DNA from: a bacterium
GTDB taxonomy: Bacteria > Hinthialibacterota > Hinthialibacteria > Hinthialibacterales > Hinthialibacteraceae
Direction: 5' to 3'
NCBI GenBank assembly: GCA_963663405.2
Contig: CAXXSM010000076.1
Coordinates: forward strand, 64,001 to 128,000
Length of the DNA: 64,000 nt
Part shown: in pieces, positions 17,263 through 31,787 of the stretch
Numbering within the stretch: position 1 is the stretch's first letter
Layout: each line of letters begins with the position of its first letter
The notes under the pieces: model-generated
What the model saw: only the letters and a program-made list of their open reading frames with translations
Database searches by the model: none
What the model was told of the DNA's origin: nothing
Position numbers and translations under genes: made by a program

Positions 17263-18657
17263 TCAATCCTCCGCCCGTTCCCCCTCCGGCGCCATTTTCA
17301 CAATTCGCGGGTGGAACACCGCCAGCGGTTCAACGAGATCGGACTGCGCCGACATAATCTCATCGATATTTTTGTACGCCATCGGCGCTTCATCCAAACC
17401 CGCGCTCAGCACCGTCACATCCCGTTCCGCCAGAATTTTCTTGACCTGTGACCAGGTAAAACTCTCTTTCGCCTTCCGGCGGCTCATCAGGCGGCCCGCT
17501 CCATGTGAGGCTGAATGAAGCGACGCCGGATTCCCTTTCCCCCGGACGACGTAGGCCGGCGACGCCATTGAACCGGGAATGATCCCCAACACCCCTCGTC
17601 CCGCCGGGGTCGCGCCTTTCCGGTGTACGATCACAGTTTCTCCACCACGATCCTCTTTCCACGCGAAATTATGGTGATTCTCAATACTCAATAGCGCTTT
17701 CGTTCCAAGCGCTTTGGCGATGTGATAGTGGATCAATTCATGATTGGCTGCGGCGTATTTGCCCATCAACCGCATCGCTTCCCAATACTCCATGCCTTCT
17801 CCGCTGTCCAGATCGAGCCAGGAAAGATGCGCCAATTCCTTCGGCAGTTCGGGCCGCCGGTTCATTGCAAGTCCGCTGTAATACCCCGCCACCTTCGAAC
17901 CCGGCCCCCGGCTTCCACTATGACTCAAGAGCGCGAGATACGTTCCAGGAGGCGCCTCTAAATCCTCGGATTGCACTTCTAGAACGCCATACTCAACAAA
18001 ATGGTTCCCGCTCCCGCTCGTTCCCAGCTGCGCCCACGCTTTATCTTTGATTTGCTTCGTCACGGACGTCACGCCCCAGTCTTCATCCATCACCGAATGC
18101 GCTCGCCGATTCTTGAATTCCGCCCCGATTCCAAACCGGGTCTCCTGTTCTAATACTTTCTTCAACCGGTCAACGGCGCCGGTGAGTGATTGGGGCGGCA
18201 TGTCAAACGCGGTCAACCGCATCCGGCAGGCGATATCCACCCCAACCGCGTACGGAATCACCGCGTTGCGAACCGCCAGCACCCCCCCGATCGGAAGCCC
18301 GTATCCAAGATGCGCGTCCGGCATCAACGCGCCCGCGACGGAGACCGGCAGCTGACAGGCGCGCTCCATCTGCTGGATCGACGCTTCGTCCAAGTTATCA
18401 CCCCACTGTTGATATGGCGCCGAGATTTCCCGGTATTGATATTCCTGCCTCTTTCCTTTGCTAAGAAGCGAATTGGCGAACGTTCCAAAATACGGCTCTT
18501 CGGCGTAGGTCTGTGGATTCGCCAACACCGCGCGCATGGTTTTCCGGATTTCTTCTTTGTTCATCCCCGCTTTGGAGGCCTTGCTGATTGCCCCCAGCGC
18601 CATCTCCAAAGGTTTTCCCTTTGGAATCCCCAACTTGATCAATTCTCGTTTTTTCAT
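17263..18657 (-). CDS. rtcB: RtcB family RNA ligase
   Basis: MPDAHLGYGLPIGG, VGVDIAC, GTSGSGNHF, HSGSRG, NHHNFA, HRKGATP, PGSM, SHGAGR, DEAP.AYK. Confidence 0.95.
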   Translation of the reverse strand: MKKRELIKLGIPKGKPLEMALGAISKASKAGMNKEEIRKTMRAVLANPQTYAEEPYFGTFANSLLSKGKRQEYQYREISAPYQQWGDNLDEASIQQMERACQLPVSVAGALMPDAHLGYGLPIGGVLAVRNAVIPYAVGVDIACRMRLTAFDMPPQSLTGAVDRLKKVLEQETRFGIGAEFKNRRAHSVMDEDWGVTSVTKQIKDKAWAQLGTSGSGNHFVEYGVLEVQSEDLEAPPGTYLALLSHSGSRGPGSKVAGYYSGLAMNRRPELPKELAHLSWLDLDSGEGMEYWEAMRLMGKYAAANHELIHYHIAKALGTKALLSIENHHNFAWKEDRGGETVIVHRKGATPAGRGVLGIIPGSMASPAYVVRGKGNPASLHSASHGAGRLMSRRKAKESFTWSQVKKILAERDVTVLSAGLDEAPMAYKNIDEIMSAQSDLVEPLAVFHPRIVKMAPEGERAED

Positions 18658-18922
18658 CTTCTATACCGTCAATACTACTTTTCTCACAATGTTTCCAGCT
18701 GTAATATCAGCATAGCGCAAAATGGCGAAAATTCATTGGTCCTATAGATAACGAATAAAAATAGCGATCGGATTGCAGTGTTTGATCTCTAATAGTTGAT
18801 GGATCGAACATTTCTAACAATTCCATATGTTTTGCACTATAATTTTTAAGTTAGAATAGCATTCGTTTCTCCATGAAGGCTCATCGAGTCTTGGATCATA
18901 TGGATTAAAGAGGGAAACAGGT

Positions 18923-19984
18923 ATGAGGTTGCGTTGTTTGATTGCCGATCCCAACGAAATGGACCGGATGCGGTTTTATGCGTTCCTGCGCCAAATCCAA
19001 GGTATCGAGATCTATACAGCCTCCACGTTTGTTGAAACGGCGGCTCTCATCGAGTCGCATCAGCCCAATTTTATTTACCTGCGTTGCGACGCGAAGAATG
19101 ATTTTTATCTGCGCGTTTTCAAGATGATTAAACGCTTGAAACTGCAAACAATTGTGGTTCCCATTATCTCCAATGTCACAGAAGAATTGTTGAAAAATCT
19201 GGTGGTTCACCACGGTGTCGCCGATGTGGTCCGAGTAGACGCGGACGACAGCCGCGTCATGAAACCGGTTCAAAAAGCTTTGAATTCCCTTGGCGGCAAA
19301 CAGGATCGACAGAAATATTATCGCGGTTTTATCAGTTTCGTCGGAATCACACCAACGCTGAGGGAACGAAAAATTCTCAACCAAGCGCGATTAGGGATCC
19401 TTCATAACAATTCGATTCGGTTGGCGATTGAATACTGGCGGAAAAATCCAAACTCACAAATGATCGTCCTTTCCATCAAAAAATTCGATTCCCTCTCCGG
19501 AGGAGCCGGGGAAGCGATCGAATTCTGGGAAGAATACAATCTCTCACCCTGGGAAATCGTCCTCTTCGAGGCGCAGAATCACTATGTTGATTACTGGCGC
19601 GATCCTATCGCATCCGGTGAGATGCCAGTCATGCTCCCGACGCTTATCCAGAGCGGATCGAAATACACGCCGCTATCCGTGATCGAACAAAAGGAGACTC
19701 TCCAAAAAGTTACGAAGATGAAAAAGAGCGGCGATCTGGATGATTTCTTCGAATCCATGGGCATTCGTTTTCGCACAAAAAGCCCGATTCAACAATTCCG
19801 CAATTTCGAATCGTTCTTATCGAAGGTGGAGACACAAATGGCTGACGTGGAAAAGAAATATCCCGATCTCGTTCGTCCACCCGAAGAATCGGGATACGAA
19901 GACTACGTCCCCGATGTCGCCCAGAAACGGGGATTTCAACTCGACCGGATGGCGTATATGGAAAAACGGGAAACCGAATCATAA
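18923..19984 (+). CDS. Hypothetical protein with N-terminal atypical receiver-like domain
   Basis: CLIADPN start and PNFIYL beta3 without the phospho-Asp; GAGGG RBS. Confidence 0.45.
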   Translation: MRLRCLIADPNEMDRMRFYAFLRQIQGIEIYTASTFVETAALIESHQPNFIYLRCDAKNDFYLRVFKMIKRLKLQTIVVPIISNVTEELLKNLVVHHGVADVVRVDADDSRVMKPVQKALNSLGGKQDRQKYYRGFISFVGITPTLRERKILNQARLGILHNNSIRLAIEYWRKNPNSQMIVLSIKKFDSLSGGAGEAIEFWEEYNLSPWEIVLFEAQNHYVDYWRDPIASGEMPVMLPTLIQSGSKYTPLSVIEQKETLQKVTKMKKSGDLDDFFESMGIRFRTKSPIQQFRNFESFLSKVETQMADVEKKYPDLVRPPEESGYEDYVPDVAQKRGFQLDRMAYMEKRETES

Positions 19985-20047
19985 ACTGGAATCCAATTAA
20001 TTAAGTCTCATCTGGAAAGTAAGCACGTTTATTAAATAAAAACGAGT

Positions 20048-20084
20048 GGGTAGCAAAGGCAAGGTTTATCATCTGCCTTTGCCT
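20048..20084 (+). repeat. Palindromic repeat family C
   Basis: GGGTAGCAAAGGCAAGG...TCTGCCTTTGCC, homologous to 31648, 38345, 41866 and 45400. Confidence 0.65.
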
Positions 20085-20198
20085 TATTCCGAACCACATT
20101 TGAATAGTGGAATAACTGGTAATCCTCTGTAGAGATCGTTAATAATAATTCATAAAAATAAATTCAATCCTTAACAGCCGCATAGAAAGGATATTCTG

Positions 20199-21485
20199 AT
20201 GAAACCAATGAAACGCCGCACGTTTTTAGGAGCCGCCGCTGGATCGGCGGCGATGATGAATACAATCTATGGAACCGCCGCGGAACGAAAACTCAAAATG
20301 GGGGTGATTGGCTGCGGTTGGTATGGTATGGTCGACACCGAAGCGGCCTTCCGCGTGGGGGGCGTTGAAGTAATCGCTATTTGTGACGTAGACACCGAAC
20401 ATCTCAATAAAAGCGCAGATGATATTGAGAAAGAGCAGGGAACACGACCGAAAACATTCAAACACTATCAAGAACTTCTCGATACGCCCGGTTTGGAAGC
20501 GGTCATTATCGCCACACCCCCCCAATGGCACGCGCTCCCTTTCATCGCGGCATGCGAAAAAGGGCTGGATATCTACTGCGAAAAACCGGTCGCCTACGAT
20601 ATCCGCGAAGGCCGCGCAATGGTGGACGCGGCGAAAAAATCAGGACGTGTCATCCAAATCGGTTTTCAGCGCCGCCAAAGCAGCGCCGTAAAAGCGGCGA
20701 AACAATTCATCCAAGAAGAATCCTTGGGTAAAGTCGTCCAAGTCGACGCCCAGATTCACTATACAGCGAAAATAGAGGATACTACTCCTCAAAAACCACC
20801 CGCCTCCTTAGACTGGGATCTATGGTGCGGGCCTGGACCCAAAATTCCGTATTGCCCCCAGGTCGGGCATTACGCCTGGCGCCTGGAAGCGGCGTATGGA
20901 AACGGTCATCTCGTCGACTGGGGAATCCACTTAATCGACGCCACCCGCGTCATTCTTGGAGAAAGCGTCCCTCATCACATCCAATCCGCCGGTGGAATCT
21001 ACTATCTAAAAGATAAAATCACAACGCCCGATACACTTACCGCCCATTTCGATTTCAATCGCTGCCCGGTCACTTGGCGTCATCGTCTGTGGGGAGCGGT
21101 CGAATACAATCCCGAAGTGAACAATGGAATCTTCTTCTTCTGCGAAAAAGGAACCGTCTTCGTCACCGACCGCCAATGGATCATCATTCCGGGTGGAAAG
21201 GAAGCGGAAAAGAAAGTGATGCCAACTGAAGGAAAAGAAGATATGGCCGCGCTCCACATGGCTGATTTTCTCAAAGCCGTCCAAACCCGGCAAACCCCCT
21301 CCTGCCCAATCGAGGACGCGTTCCAATCCACATCAACAGTACAACTCGGTATGATCGCCTATCACGCCGGCGAAAAAATAGCCTACGACGCCCAAAAAGA
21401 ACAAATCCTAGGCAATCCCCTCGCCGCCAAACTCCTCAAACGAGAATACCGCGCCCCTTACACACATCCTTATCAAGAAGGATAA
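20199..21485 (+). CDS. Gfo/Idh/MocA oxidoreductase with Tat signal
   Basis: KRRTFL leader, GVIGCGWYG, IATPPQWH, CEKP, DWGIHLID. Confidence 0.92.
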   Translation: MKPMKRRTFLGAAAGSAAMMNTIYGTAAERKLKMGVIGCGWYGMVDTEAAFRVGGVEVIAICDVDTEHLNKSADDIEKEQGTRPKTFKHYQELLDTPGLEAVIIATPPQWHALPFIAACEKGLDIYCEKPVAYDIREGRAMVDAAKKSGRVIQIGFQRRQSSAVKAAKQFIQEESLGKVVQVDAQIHYTAKIEDTTPQKPPASLDWDLWCGPGPKIPYCPQVGHYAWRLEAAYGNGHLVDWGIHLIDATRVILGESVPHHIQSAGGIYYLKDKITTPDTLTAHFDFNRCPVTWRHRLWGAVEYNPEVNNGIFFFCEKGTVFVTDRQWIIIPGGKEAEKKVMPTEGKEDMAALHMADFLKAVQTRQTPSCPIEDAFQSTSTVQLGMIAYHAGEKIAYDAQKEQILGNPLAAKLLKREYRAPYTHPYQEG

Positions 21486-21502
21486 CCACGGATTGAAACT
21501 GG

Positions 21503-21738
21503 GTAGGGTGGGCTAAAAGCGAAGCGTAGCCCACCATAATCGATTATCAATCTATTCAGTTTCGTAGAAGAATCTTAAAGCGGATTGTGTCTGTTTATAA
21601 CATTATAAATGTATAATGCTATAAAAATCCATGCAATCAAACACTATACTGCGTAAAATAACTTACATTTACAACGGTTGATGAAGGCGTTGCGGTTATT
21701 GTAAAGGTGGGCTACGCTGCGCTTTTAGCCCACCCTAC
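21503..21738. repeat. 236-bp REPIN-like element (inverted GTAG REPs + AT-rich spacer), copy 1
   Basis: Left GTAGGGTGGGCTAAAAGCGAAGCGTAGCCCACC; right GGTGGGCTACGCTGCGCTTTTAGCCCACCCTAC. Confidence 0.92.
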
Positions 21739-22141
21739 TCGACTATTCGACTAAATCCGTTTTGATGACTGTGTTTCGTACTCTCAAACGGTGAGGCTAT
21801 AATCCAATCCAGACACTCGTCTCGGCTCTCAGCGATTTTATTCTAACCGAAAAATTGCCCCCTTTCCCACCCGTTATCACTTCACATGACTGACCTGATA
21901 CGTATAATGAACTTTCTGACATGCTCGCTCTCCTTTTTCTAACTTTAACCGGTTAGGAGAGTTAAGCCTGTCCTCACTTTTTTTGAAGTTTTTAACCCAA
22001 TTTCCGGATGAACCAGAAAATGCTTGATTCATCATTGGATCTTTGTTAGATTGGGACGAGGTCAATTAGAAAGGAGGATTCTTTTCGTTACGGTTTGATT
22101 TTTAATCAGTTTAGTGAAAATTTCTTAGGGAGAAAAGTATT

Positions 22142-23104
22142 ATGAATAAGTTTTTTGTAATGATTCTATTGAGTTGTTTTTGTTTACCCGTCATGGCTCA
22201 GATTGAAGACTTTGATGAACAAACCGAAGGGCCTTGGTCGGATATCGATAACACCACGATTACCATTTTTAACGTGCCATCGATTACCTTAGATGGTGAG
22301 ATTTCCGCTGATGAATATGGTGGATTTGAAGGAATAGAAGTGATTCCCGTTGAGACAGGATGGGTTTTGAACTATGCCACCGAAAAGAATTGGGAAGGTC
22401 CGGATGATTCAAGTTTTACATTCTATGTGGCGTATGATGATACCTTTTTATATGTCGCTCTCGATGTGAAAGATGATGTGGTTCGTTCCAATGATGAAAA
22501 TGCGGCATTCTGGAAAGATGATGCGGTTGAAATTGTTTTTGGACCGGAAAATAACCGCTATGATATCAATACCGACGGATCGACAAACCTAGTAGGTGGT
22601 CACGTTTATTTCAACTGGGAAGGACGTTTTTCAGAATGGGATGAAGCATCCAGTCTTCCTCGCGATGCGGTTCGATTTGCCGCCGGTTTAGATTGGGCCT
22701 ATGGGGAAGACGCTGAAGTGTATGGCGTTGGTATTGAAACCGAAACCGGTTGGGCATTGGAAACCAGAATTCACAAAATGTGTTTCGAAGATGAAGACTT
22801 GGGAACATCTATGGTCGAAGGTGAAGTGTGGGATTTCAATGTGGGTCTCGATGATGATGATGGTGGCGATTTAGCGGTTCAGTATTGGTGGGCAAGCCGT
22901 GTTTTCGCAGATGGATTCAGCCCTGATAATGAATTTTTTGATTTGTTGTTGGATGAAGAAATTGAAACACAGGCTTATCTGGATCCGGAAAATGAAGCCG
23001 CTTTTTGGCCGTTGATCCTGGCTCAACCGTTGGGGTATGCATCTTGCGGAGAACTAATTTTTGGACCGCAATCAGCACCCGTGATCGAGTGGGCCGTGTA
23101 TTGA
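22142..23104 (+). CDS. Secreted CBM9/DOMON-like sugar-binding protein with C-terminal WxxY motif
   Basis: Signal peptide; ITLDG, YVAYDDTFLYVALDVKDD, W.DDAVEI, GW..E.RI, FNVGLDDDD; ends APVIEWAVY. Confidence 0.7.
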   Translation: MNKFFVMILLSCFCLPVMAQIEDFDEQTEGPWSDIDNTTITIFNVPSITLDGEISADEYGGFEGIEVIPVETGWVLNYATEKNWEGPDDSSFTFYVAYDDTFLYVALDVKDDVVRSNDENAAFWKDDAVEIVFGPENNRYDINTDGSTNLVGGHVYFNWEGRFSEWDEASSLPRDAVRFAAGLDWAYGEDAEVYGVGIETETGWALETRIHKMCFEDEDLGTSMVEGEVWDFNVGLDDDDGGDLAVQYWWASRVFADGFSPDNEFFDLLLDEEIETQAYLDPENEAAFWPLILAQPLGYASCGELIFGPQSAPVIEWAVY

Positions 23105-23134
23105 CATAATTTCGAGAGAGATATTTTTATTAAA

Positions 23135-23167
23135 AAAACGGCGGGTTGTCGAATGGCCCGCCGTTTT
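23135..23167 (+). terminator. Intrinsic terminator
   Basis: AAAACGGCGGG-loop-CCCGCCGTTTT downstream of the stop at 23104. Confidence 0.75.
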
Positions 23168-23181
23168 GCATGACTAGTTAC

Positions 23182-23417
23182 GTAGGGTGGGCTAAAAGCA
23201 CAGCACAGCCCACCCTAATCGATTATCAATTTATTCAATTTCGTAGAATAATCTAAAAGCGGTTTGTGTCTGTTTACAACATGATAAATTTATAATGCTA
23301 TAAAAGCCCATGCAATCAAACAATATACTGCGTAAAATAACTTACATTTACAACGGTCGATGAAGGCATTGCGGTTATTGTAAAGGTGGGCTACGCTTCG
23401 CTTTTAGCCCACCCTAC
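23182..23417. repeat. 236-bp REPIN-like element, copy 2
   Basis: Same length and colinear spacer as 21503-21738. Confidence 0.92.
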
Positions 23418-23421
23418 TTGG

Positions 23422-23523
23422 CTGCGTAAAATAACTTACATTTACAACGGTTGATGAAGGCGTTGCGGATATAGTGTTTAACAATGTAATGGCGCCCAAC
23501 GCTTCACTCTTAGCCTACCCTAC
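23422..23523. repeat. Partial third REPIN (right half)
   Basis: Repeats CTGCGTAAAATAACTTACATTTACAACGG...GATGAAGGC and ends in CTTAGCCTACCCTAC. Confidence 0.85.
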
Positions 23524-23527
23524 TCGA

Positions 23528-23923
23528 TTACTCGACTTTCAAGTTAATATCAAAACCATAAGCGTTTTTAAAATATTCAACATATTCTTCACCTGCTGCT
23601 GATAGTACTCCTCTATTCCACCATTCTTTATTATTTGATAAATGATAATGATTGTGAAGCAAGCGTTTAAACCTTCTATCAATGTCTTGAACCGTACTAA
23701 TAAATGAACTATGTTCCTGAAAGGTCATAAGTTCGGGATTTGTGAGAATTTCTTCCAATTCATTTCGCACATGAATTTCATTATTGTACTCGCTAACATC
23801 CCAACTATAGCCTTCTTCACAATCTTCAACAAATCCTAACCAGCAAGTTATAAGCTCGGGAAGGTCTCTTGATATATTCAAATTTTTGATGAACTTCCTT
23901 CTCGTATCAAAATAATTTGCCAT
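23528..23923 (-). CDS. Hypothetical protein, immunity-like
   Basis: AT-rich 131 aa with W..FV..CE.GY....EY.N...R and WW..G.L pattern; flanked by REPINs. Confidence 0.6.
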   Translation of the reverse strand: MANYFDTRRKFIKNLNISRDLPELITCWLGFVEDCEEGYSWDVSEYNNEIHVRNELEEILTNPELMTFQEHSSFISTVQDIDRRFKRLLHNHYHLSNNKEWWNRGVLSAAGEEYVEYFKNAYGFDINLKVE

Positions 23924-23974
23924 TTTTATCCCTTGCTAAAACTAATTATTAAAATATTCCAATACTATAGTTGC

Positions 23975-24168
23975 GTAAGGTGAAGAGCGCAGCGTAGGGC
24001 GCCATAATCAATTATCTATCGAATCAGTTTCGCAGGATGATCTAAAAACGAATTGCCGCCTGCTTGCAACATAACAAACAATATACATTACAGAACTTAC
24101 ATTTACAACGGTCGATGAAGGCGATGCGGATAGAGTAAAGGTGGGCTACGCTTTGCTCTTAGCCCTAC
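23975..24168. repeat. Diverged REPIN-like element, copy 4
   Basis: GTAAGGTGAAGAGCGCAGCGTAGGGCGCC...ACTTACATTTACAACGGTCGATGAAGGC...GGTGGGCTACGCTTTGCTCTTAGCCCTAC. Confidence 0.85.
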
Positions 24169-24175
24169 TCGTCTA

Positions 24176-25204
24176 TCAAAAAGGTATCTTTTTACATCGG
24201 ATAACATCTTTTTCAATCAGGGAACTCATCGTTTCATTTTGCATGCTGTTAATGTTTATTCTATTGGCGCCAATGTAATAAATCCCATGAAGTACCCCCT
24301 CGATCGATTTTAATCCAGCGACTTCATCACTTTTAAAGGTAATGGGTAATGATTGCTTAGTAAGAATTCCTTTCGCATGTTCAAAATAAGAATCATCAGG
24401 TTCTCTTATACCCGTCCAGAAACCTAATGCGCGATCTCCAGTTTGATCGAAATACATAATTGGATGTAAATATCCCACGTCGTTTGTGTTAATCCAATGA
24501 ATATTCCCTTTATATTGATTGCCCAATTGATCTGTAAAAATCGTTCGAACAAGTAACTCACCTAGTTCTTCGTCCGGTTGATCTATATAAGGCCGAACCG
24601 TTAAATCATCGTCGTCCTCACACGGAAAAAACCATACTGGATATTTCTCAAATTCTTCAGGGCCCAATTCATCTAATTGTTTATCATGGACCGATCGCTC
24701 AATCTTATCGAATGCTTCCGTTAATTCGGATCGAATAATTCTCTCGTAAGTAGTCCCGCCATCCTTCACACGTTTATATAGCGATCTGCACTCCAGCAAA
24801 TACGTTTTCATATTTTCAATATTGTAGGCGGTGTTGATCAGGAAAAAATAAGGAACGAGGGAATCACCCCGCTTAGCCAAAGCCTCACAATCTTCAAAAT
24901 CCTTGTCATAATAACGAAAACGTATATATCGCCTCCAAAAATCAATTTCCGTATCGTTTCCAAATCTCCATTCCGCTTCGTCCAGCAATTCAAACACTCG
25001 TTTTTCCGCTTTTGAAAGAAGTTTCTTATCAAGACGCATTCGAGCGGCGGTAACGTAATCTTGGGTGTAAAAATAGAGAGCGAACAGATTCAGGTAATCC
25101 TGACGGCCGGGATCACTCTCCAAAAAGAATTCTTCGTACGCTCGAATCGCATCCAGATAGCGTTCATCCCGGTCACATTGCAAAGCGATATCTTTTTTAT
25201 TCAT
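24176..25204 (-). CDS. Hypothetical two-domain protein
   Basis: Long ORF; GGAGGGG RBS before MNKKD (25204); helical N-half, then a KQLDEL.....YPVWFF domain. Confidence 0.6.
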   Translation of the reverse strand: MNKKDIALQCDRDERYLDAIRAYEEFFLESDPGRQDYLNLFALYFYTQDYVTAARMRLDKKLLSKAEKRVFELLDEAEWRFGNDTEIDFWRRYIRFRYYDKDFEDCEALAKRGDSLVPYFFLINTAYNIENMKTYLLECRSLYKRVKDGGTTYERIIRSELTEAFDKIERSVHDKQLDELGPEEFEKYPVWFFPCEDDDDLTVRPYIDQPDEELGELLVRTIFTDQLGNQYKGNIHWINTNDVGYLHPIMYFDQTGDRALGFWTGIREPDDSYFEHAKGILTKQSLPITFKSDEVAGLKSIEGVLHGIYYIGANRININSMQNETMSSLIEKDVIRCKKIPF

Positions 25205-25514
25205 TTTGGATACAACCCCTCCGTTGAATACCCGTTTTATTCCATCATACACTATGTTGGAAAGAATAACGTATAACCAGCGCTTTTTGTATGTGCTTTA
25301 AATAGTATATAAATGTTTTGTATGTGAGGAGGAGTGAACTGTCAATCCCAGTATCTAGTCCAGTAAATAAAAAAATCTTATCACGTCATAGCCAATATCA
25401 ACAAAAATAAGAGGAAAATTCTTCTGAATGCATAATCGAAAAAGCGGGGAAAGGGAACGAGTAACAAAATACATTGCTTTTCCCTTCCGCCTTCAGTCTT
25501 CAACCTTTTCCCCT

Positions 25515-25553
25515 AAAAACAAAAACGCCCCTGGAAAATTCCAAGGGCGTTTT
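25515..25553 (-). terminator. rRNA operon terminator
   Basis: Hairpin ACGCCC.TGGAA/TTCCA.GGGCGT followed by a U-tract on the minus strand just after 5S. Confidence 0.75.
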
Positions 25554-25562
25554 AAAGTTTAT

Positions 25563-25679
25563 TCCGGCGATGACCTACTCTCCCACAGCGTGTCCGCTGC
25601 AGTACCATCGGCGTGGAGAGGCTTAACTGCCGTGTTCGGGATGGGAACGGGTGTGACCCTCTCGCTATTGTCACCGGAA
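25563..25679 (-). rRNA. rrf: 5S rRNA
   Basis: Reverse complement contains CACACCCGTTCCCATCCCGAACACGGCAGTTAAG and GGGAGAGTAGGTCATCGCC. Confidence 0.97.
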
Positions 25680-25779
25680 ACTTGATTTCGGTATTAAGTT
25701 GTCCAATTTGATTCGTGTATAGTCAACCGTTTGCTTTGCGCGGATTGAAGGGTAATGCCGCGGTTCGCTAGTGAAGAGT

Positions 25780-28738
<2,959 letters not shown>

Positions 28739-28960
28739 GTTCACCTACGAACAGATGCAGCATTACCCATCAATCTACGCAAAGATTGATCTCTTTCTTA
28801 CTACTACTACGTGTTGCCACGTAGTGGGCGACTAATACGAATCAAATTGTCAAAGAGCATCGGTCTCTTCAAGACCGGTTGGACAGCCTGAGATCACTCT
28901 CAGGGGATCCTTCCACTCACGACTCATTTTCGTGAATGGAACGATCTCTATTTTAAGTTA

Positions 28961-29033
28961 TGGAGCTGACCGGGATCGAACCGGTGACCTTCGGCTTGCA
29001 AAGCCGACGTTCTCCCAGCTGAACTACAGCCCC
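28961..29033 (-). tRNA. tRNA-Ala(UGC), CCA not encoded
   Basis: GGGGCTGTAGTTCAGCTGGGAGAACGTCGGCTTTGCAAGCCGAAGGTCACCGGTTCGATCCCGGTCAGCTCCA. Confidence 0.96.
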
Positions 29034-29051
29034 GCCCATCGATTTAAAATC

Positions 29052-29127
29052 TGGGCCTGACAGGAGTTGAACCTGTGACCTTTCGCTTATCAGGCGAACG
29101 CTCTAACCGCAGCTGAGCTACAGGCCC
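29052..29127 (-). tRNA. tRNA-Ile(GAU), CCA not encoded
   Basis: GGGCCTGTAGCTCAGCTGCGGTTAGAGCGTTCGCCTGATAAGCGAAAGGTCACAGGTTCAACTCCTGTCAGGCCCA. Confidence 0.96.
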
Positions 29128-29353
29128 TCCATATCTTGTTTTAGTCAGAAAAAATGGACGCACAATCTCCACGGCGTCCAGGACGTTCTTTCTTAACCTA
29201 TGACAATCGAGTAGAACGAAACAAGCGTGTCTCTACCTAGGAGTAACCCATTCAGAAATCATGTCGCCAAACGCAGAGGCTTCGGACGTTCTCACACTGG
29301 AACGCCTCTTTTCCATCCTCCGCTGTCCAGCGATTTCTGAAGGGCATACAACT

Positions 29354-30922
<1,569 letters not shown>

Positions 30923-31171
30923 AAATTTAACATCCACTAACAATATGCTAGTGAATGGCTTATCCTGTCTTAACAAGCCACTTTTATTGTGGCGTTGTTC
31001 GAATCGGGGCCCCTTCAATCCTCTCGGATTAAAGAAGCTGATGTTACACGCTTTTGTGTTTGTCTACTCGATTGTCAAAGAACAAGAAAGGATTCGTCCT
31101 CTCTTTTTGCTTCAGAAACCAAACCCGCAACTTTGAGTGTTTATCGGCCTCTCCGTTGCGGGCAGATAATT

Positions 31172-31199
31172 ACTATACTCTTTATTTCTTTTTCGTCAA
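31172..31199 (-). promoter_or_regulatory. rrn promoter
   Basis: TTGACG-16 bp-TATAGT with upstream A-tracts (UP element-like) ahead of the 16S leader. Confidence 0.7.
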
Positions 31200-31647
31200 C
31201 CCGCTCTGCCCATTTTTTTTATTTTTTCTTGTCTTCATCGAACTTGGCAGAACTCCTTTTAGGATACGAAAGAGAACCTATCTTACTCAGTTTCTTTCGT
31301 TTGTTGACTCTCTCTGTCTCTGAGCACGAAGGAAAAGTATAGCCAGTAATTCAGGACCGCAAACCCCGCGGACACACTTTTTTAACTTTTTTTAAATCTT
31401 TGTAATTTCTTCTGAATTTAACCCTTATTTCGACCTTGTTTTAAGGAAAAAAAACACCACCGTATACTGTTTGATGATCGTATAACTATCTGATAAACAA
31501 TATGTTAAGATTCATTCTCCACTCTTTGTCACTGTGCTGGAGCCTTCGATACTTTTTTTCTTTAAAAAGACAAAAAAAAATATAAATTTCTATTTGGATT
31601 CCTTAATACCTGCAGATTAACAATATTATATATATATTAAATGAAGA

Positions 31648-31684
31648 GCGGGTAGCCAGAGCTAAGTTCTTCATCTGCCCTGGC
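31648..31684 (+). repeat. Palindromic repeat family C
   Basis: GCGGGTAGCCAGAGCTAAG...TCTGCCCTGGC. Confidence 0.65.
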
Positions 31685-31730
31685 GTTATATTAAGGAGAT
31701 TATACAAAGGGAGAAAAGGTCATGAACAGA

Positions 31731-31772
31731 AATCCTGAGTATTCTGTTAATCTTGGAAGTCCAGATTCAGAC
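31731..31772. repeat. Family E half-repeat (...AATC...GATTCAGAC)
   Basis: Homologous to 52489-52529 and to the right arm of 32592-32677. Confidence 0.65.
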
Positions 31773-31787
31773 AAATATCCATTCAAA

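Noticed and set aside
12222-24168. CRISPR array or classical integron (attC cassettes)
   Set aside because: Repeats are not regularly spaced with 30-40-nt spacers, there is no cas or intI gene, and no consistent RYYYAAC...GTTRRRY ends; the GTAG-hairpin form fits REPs.
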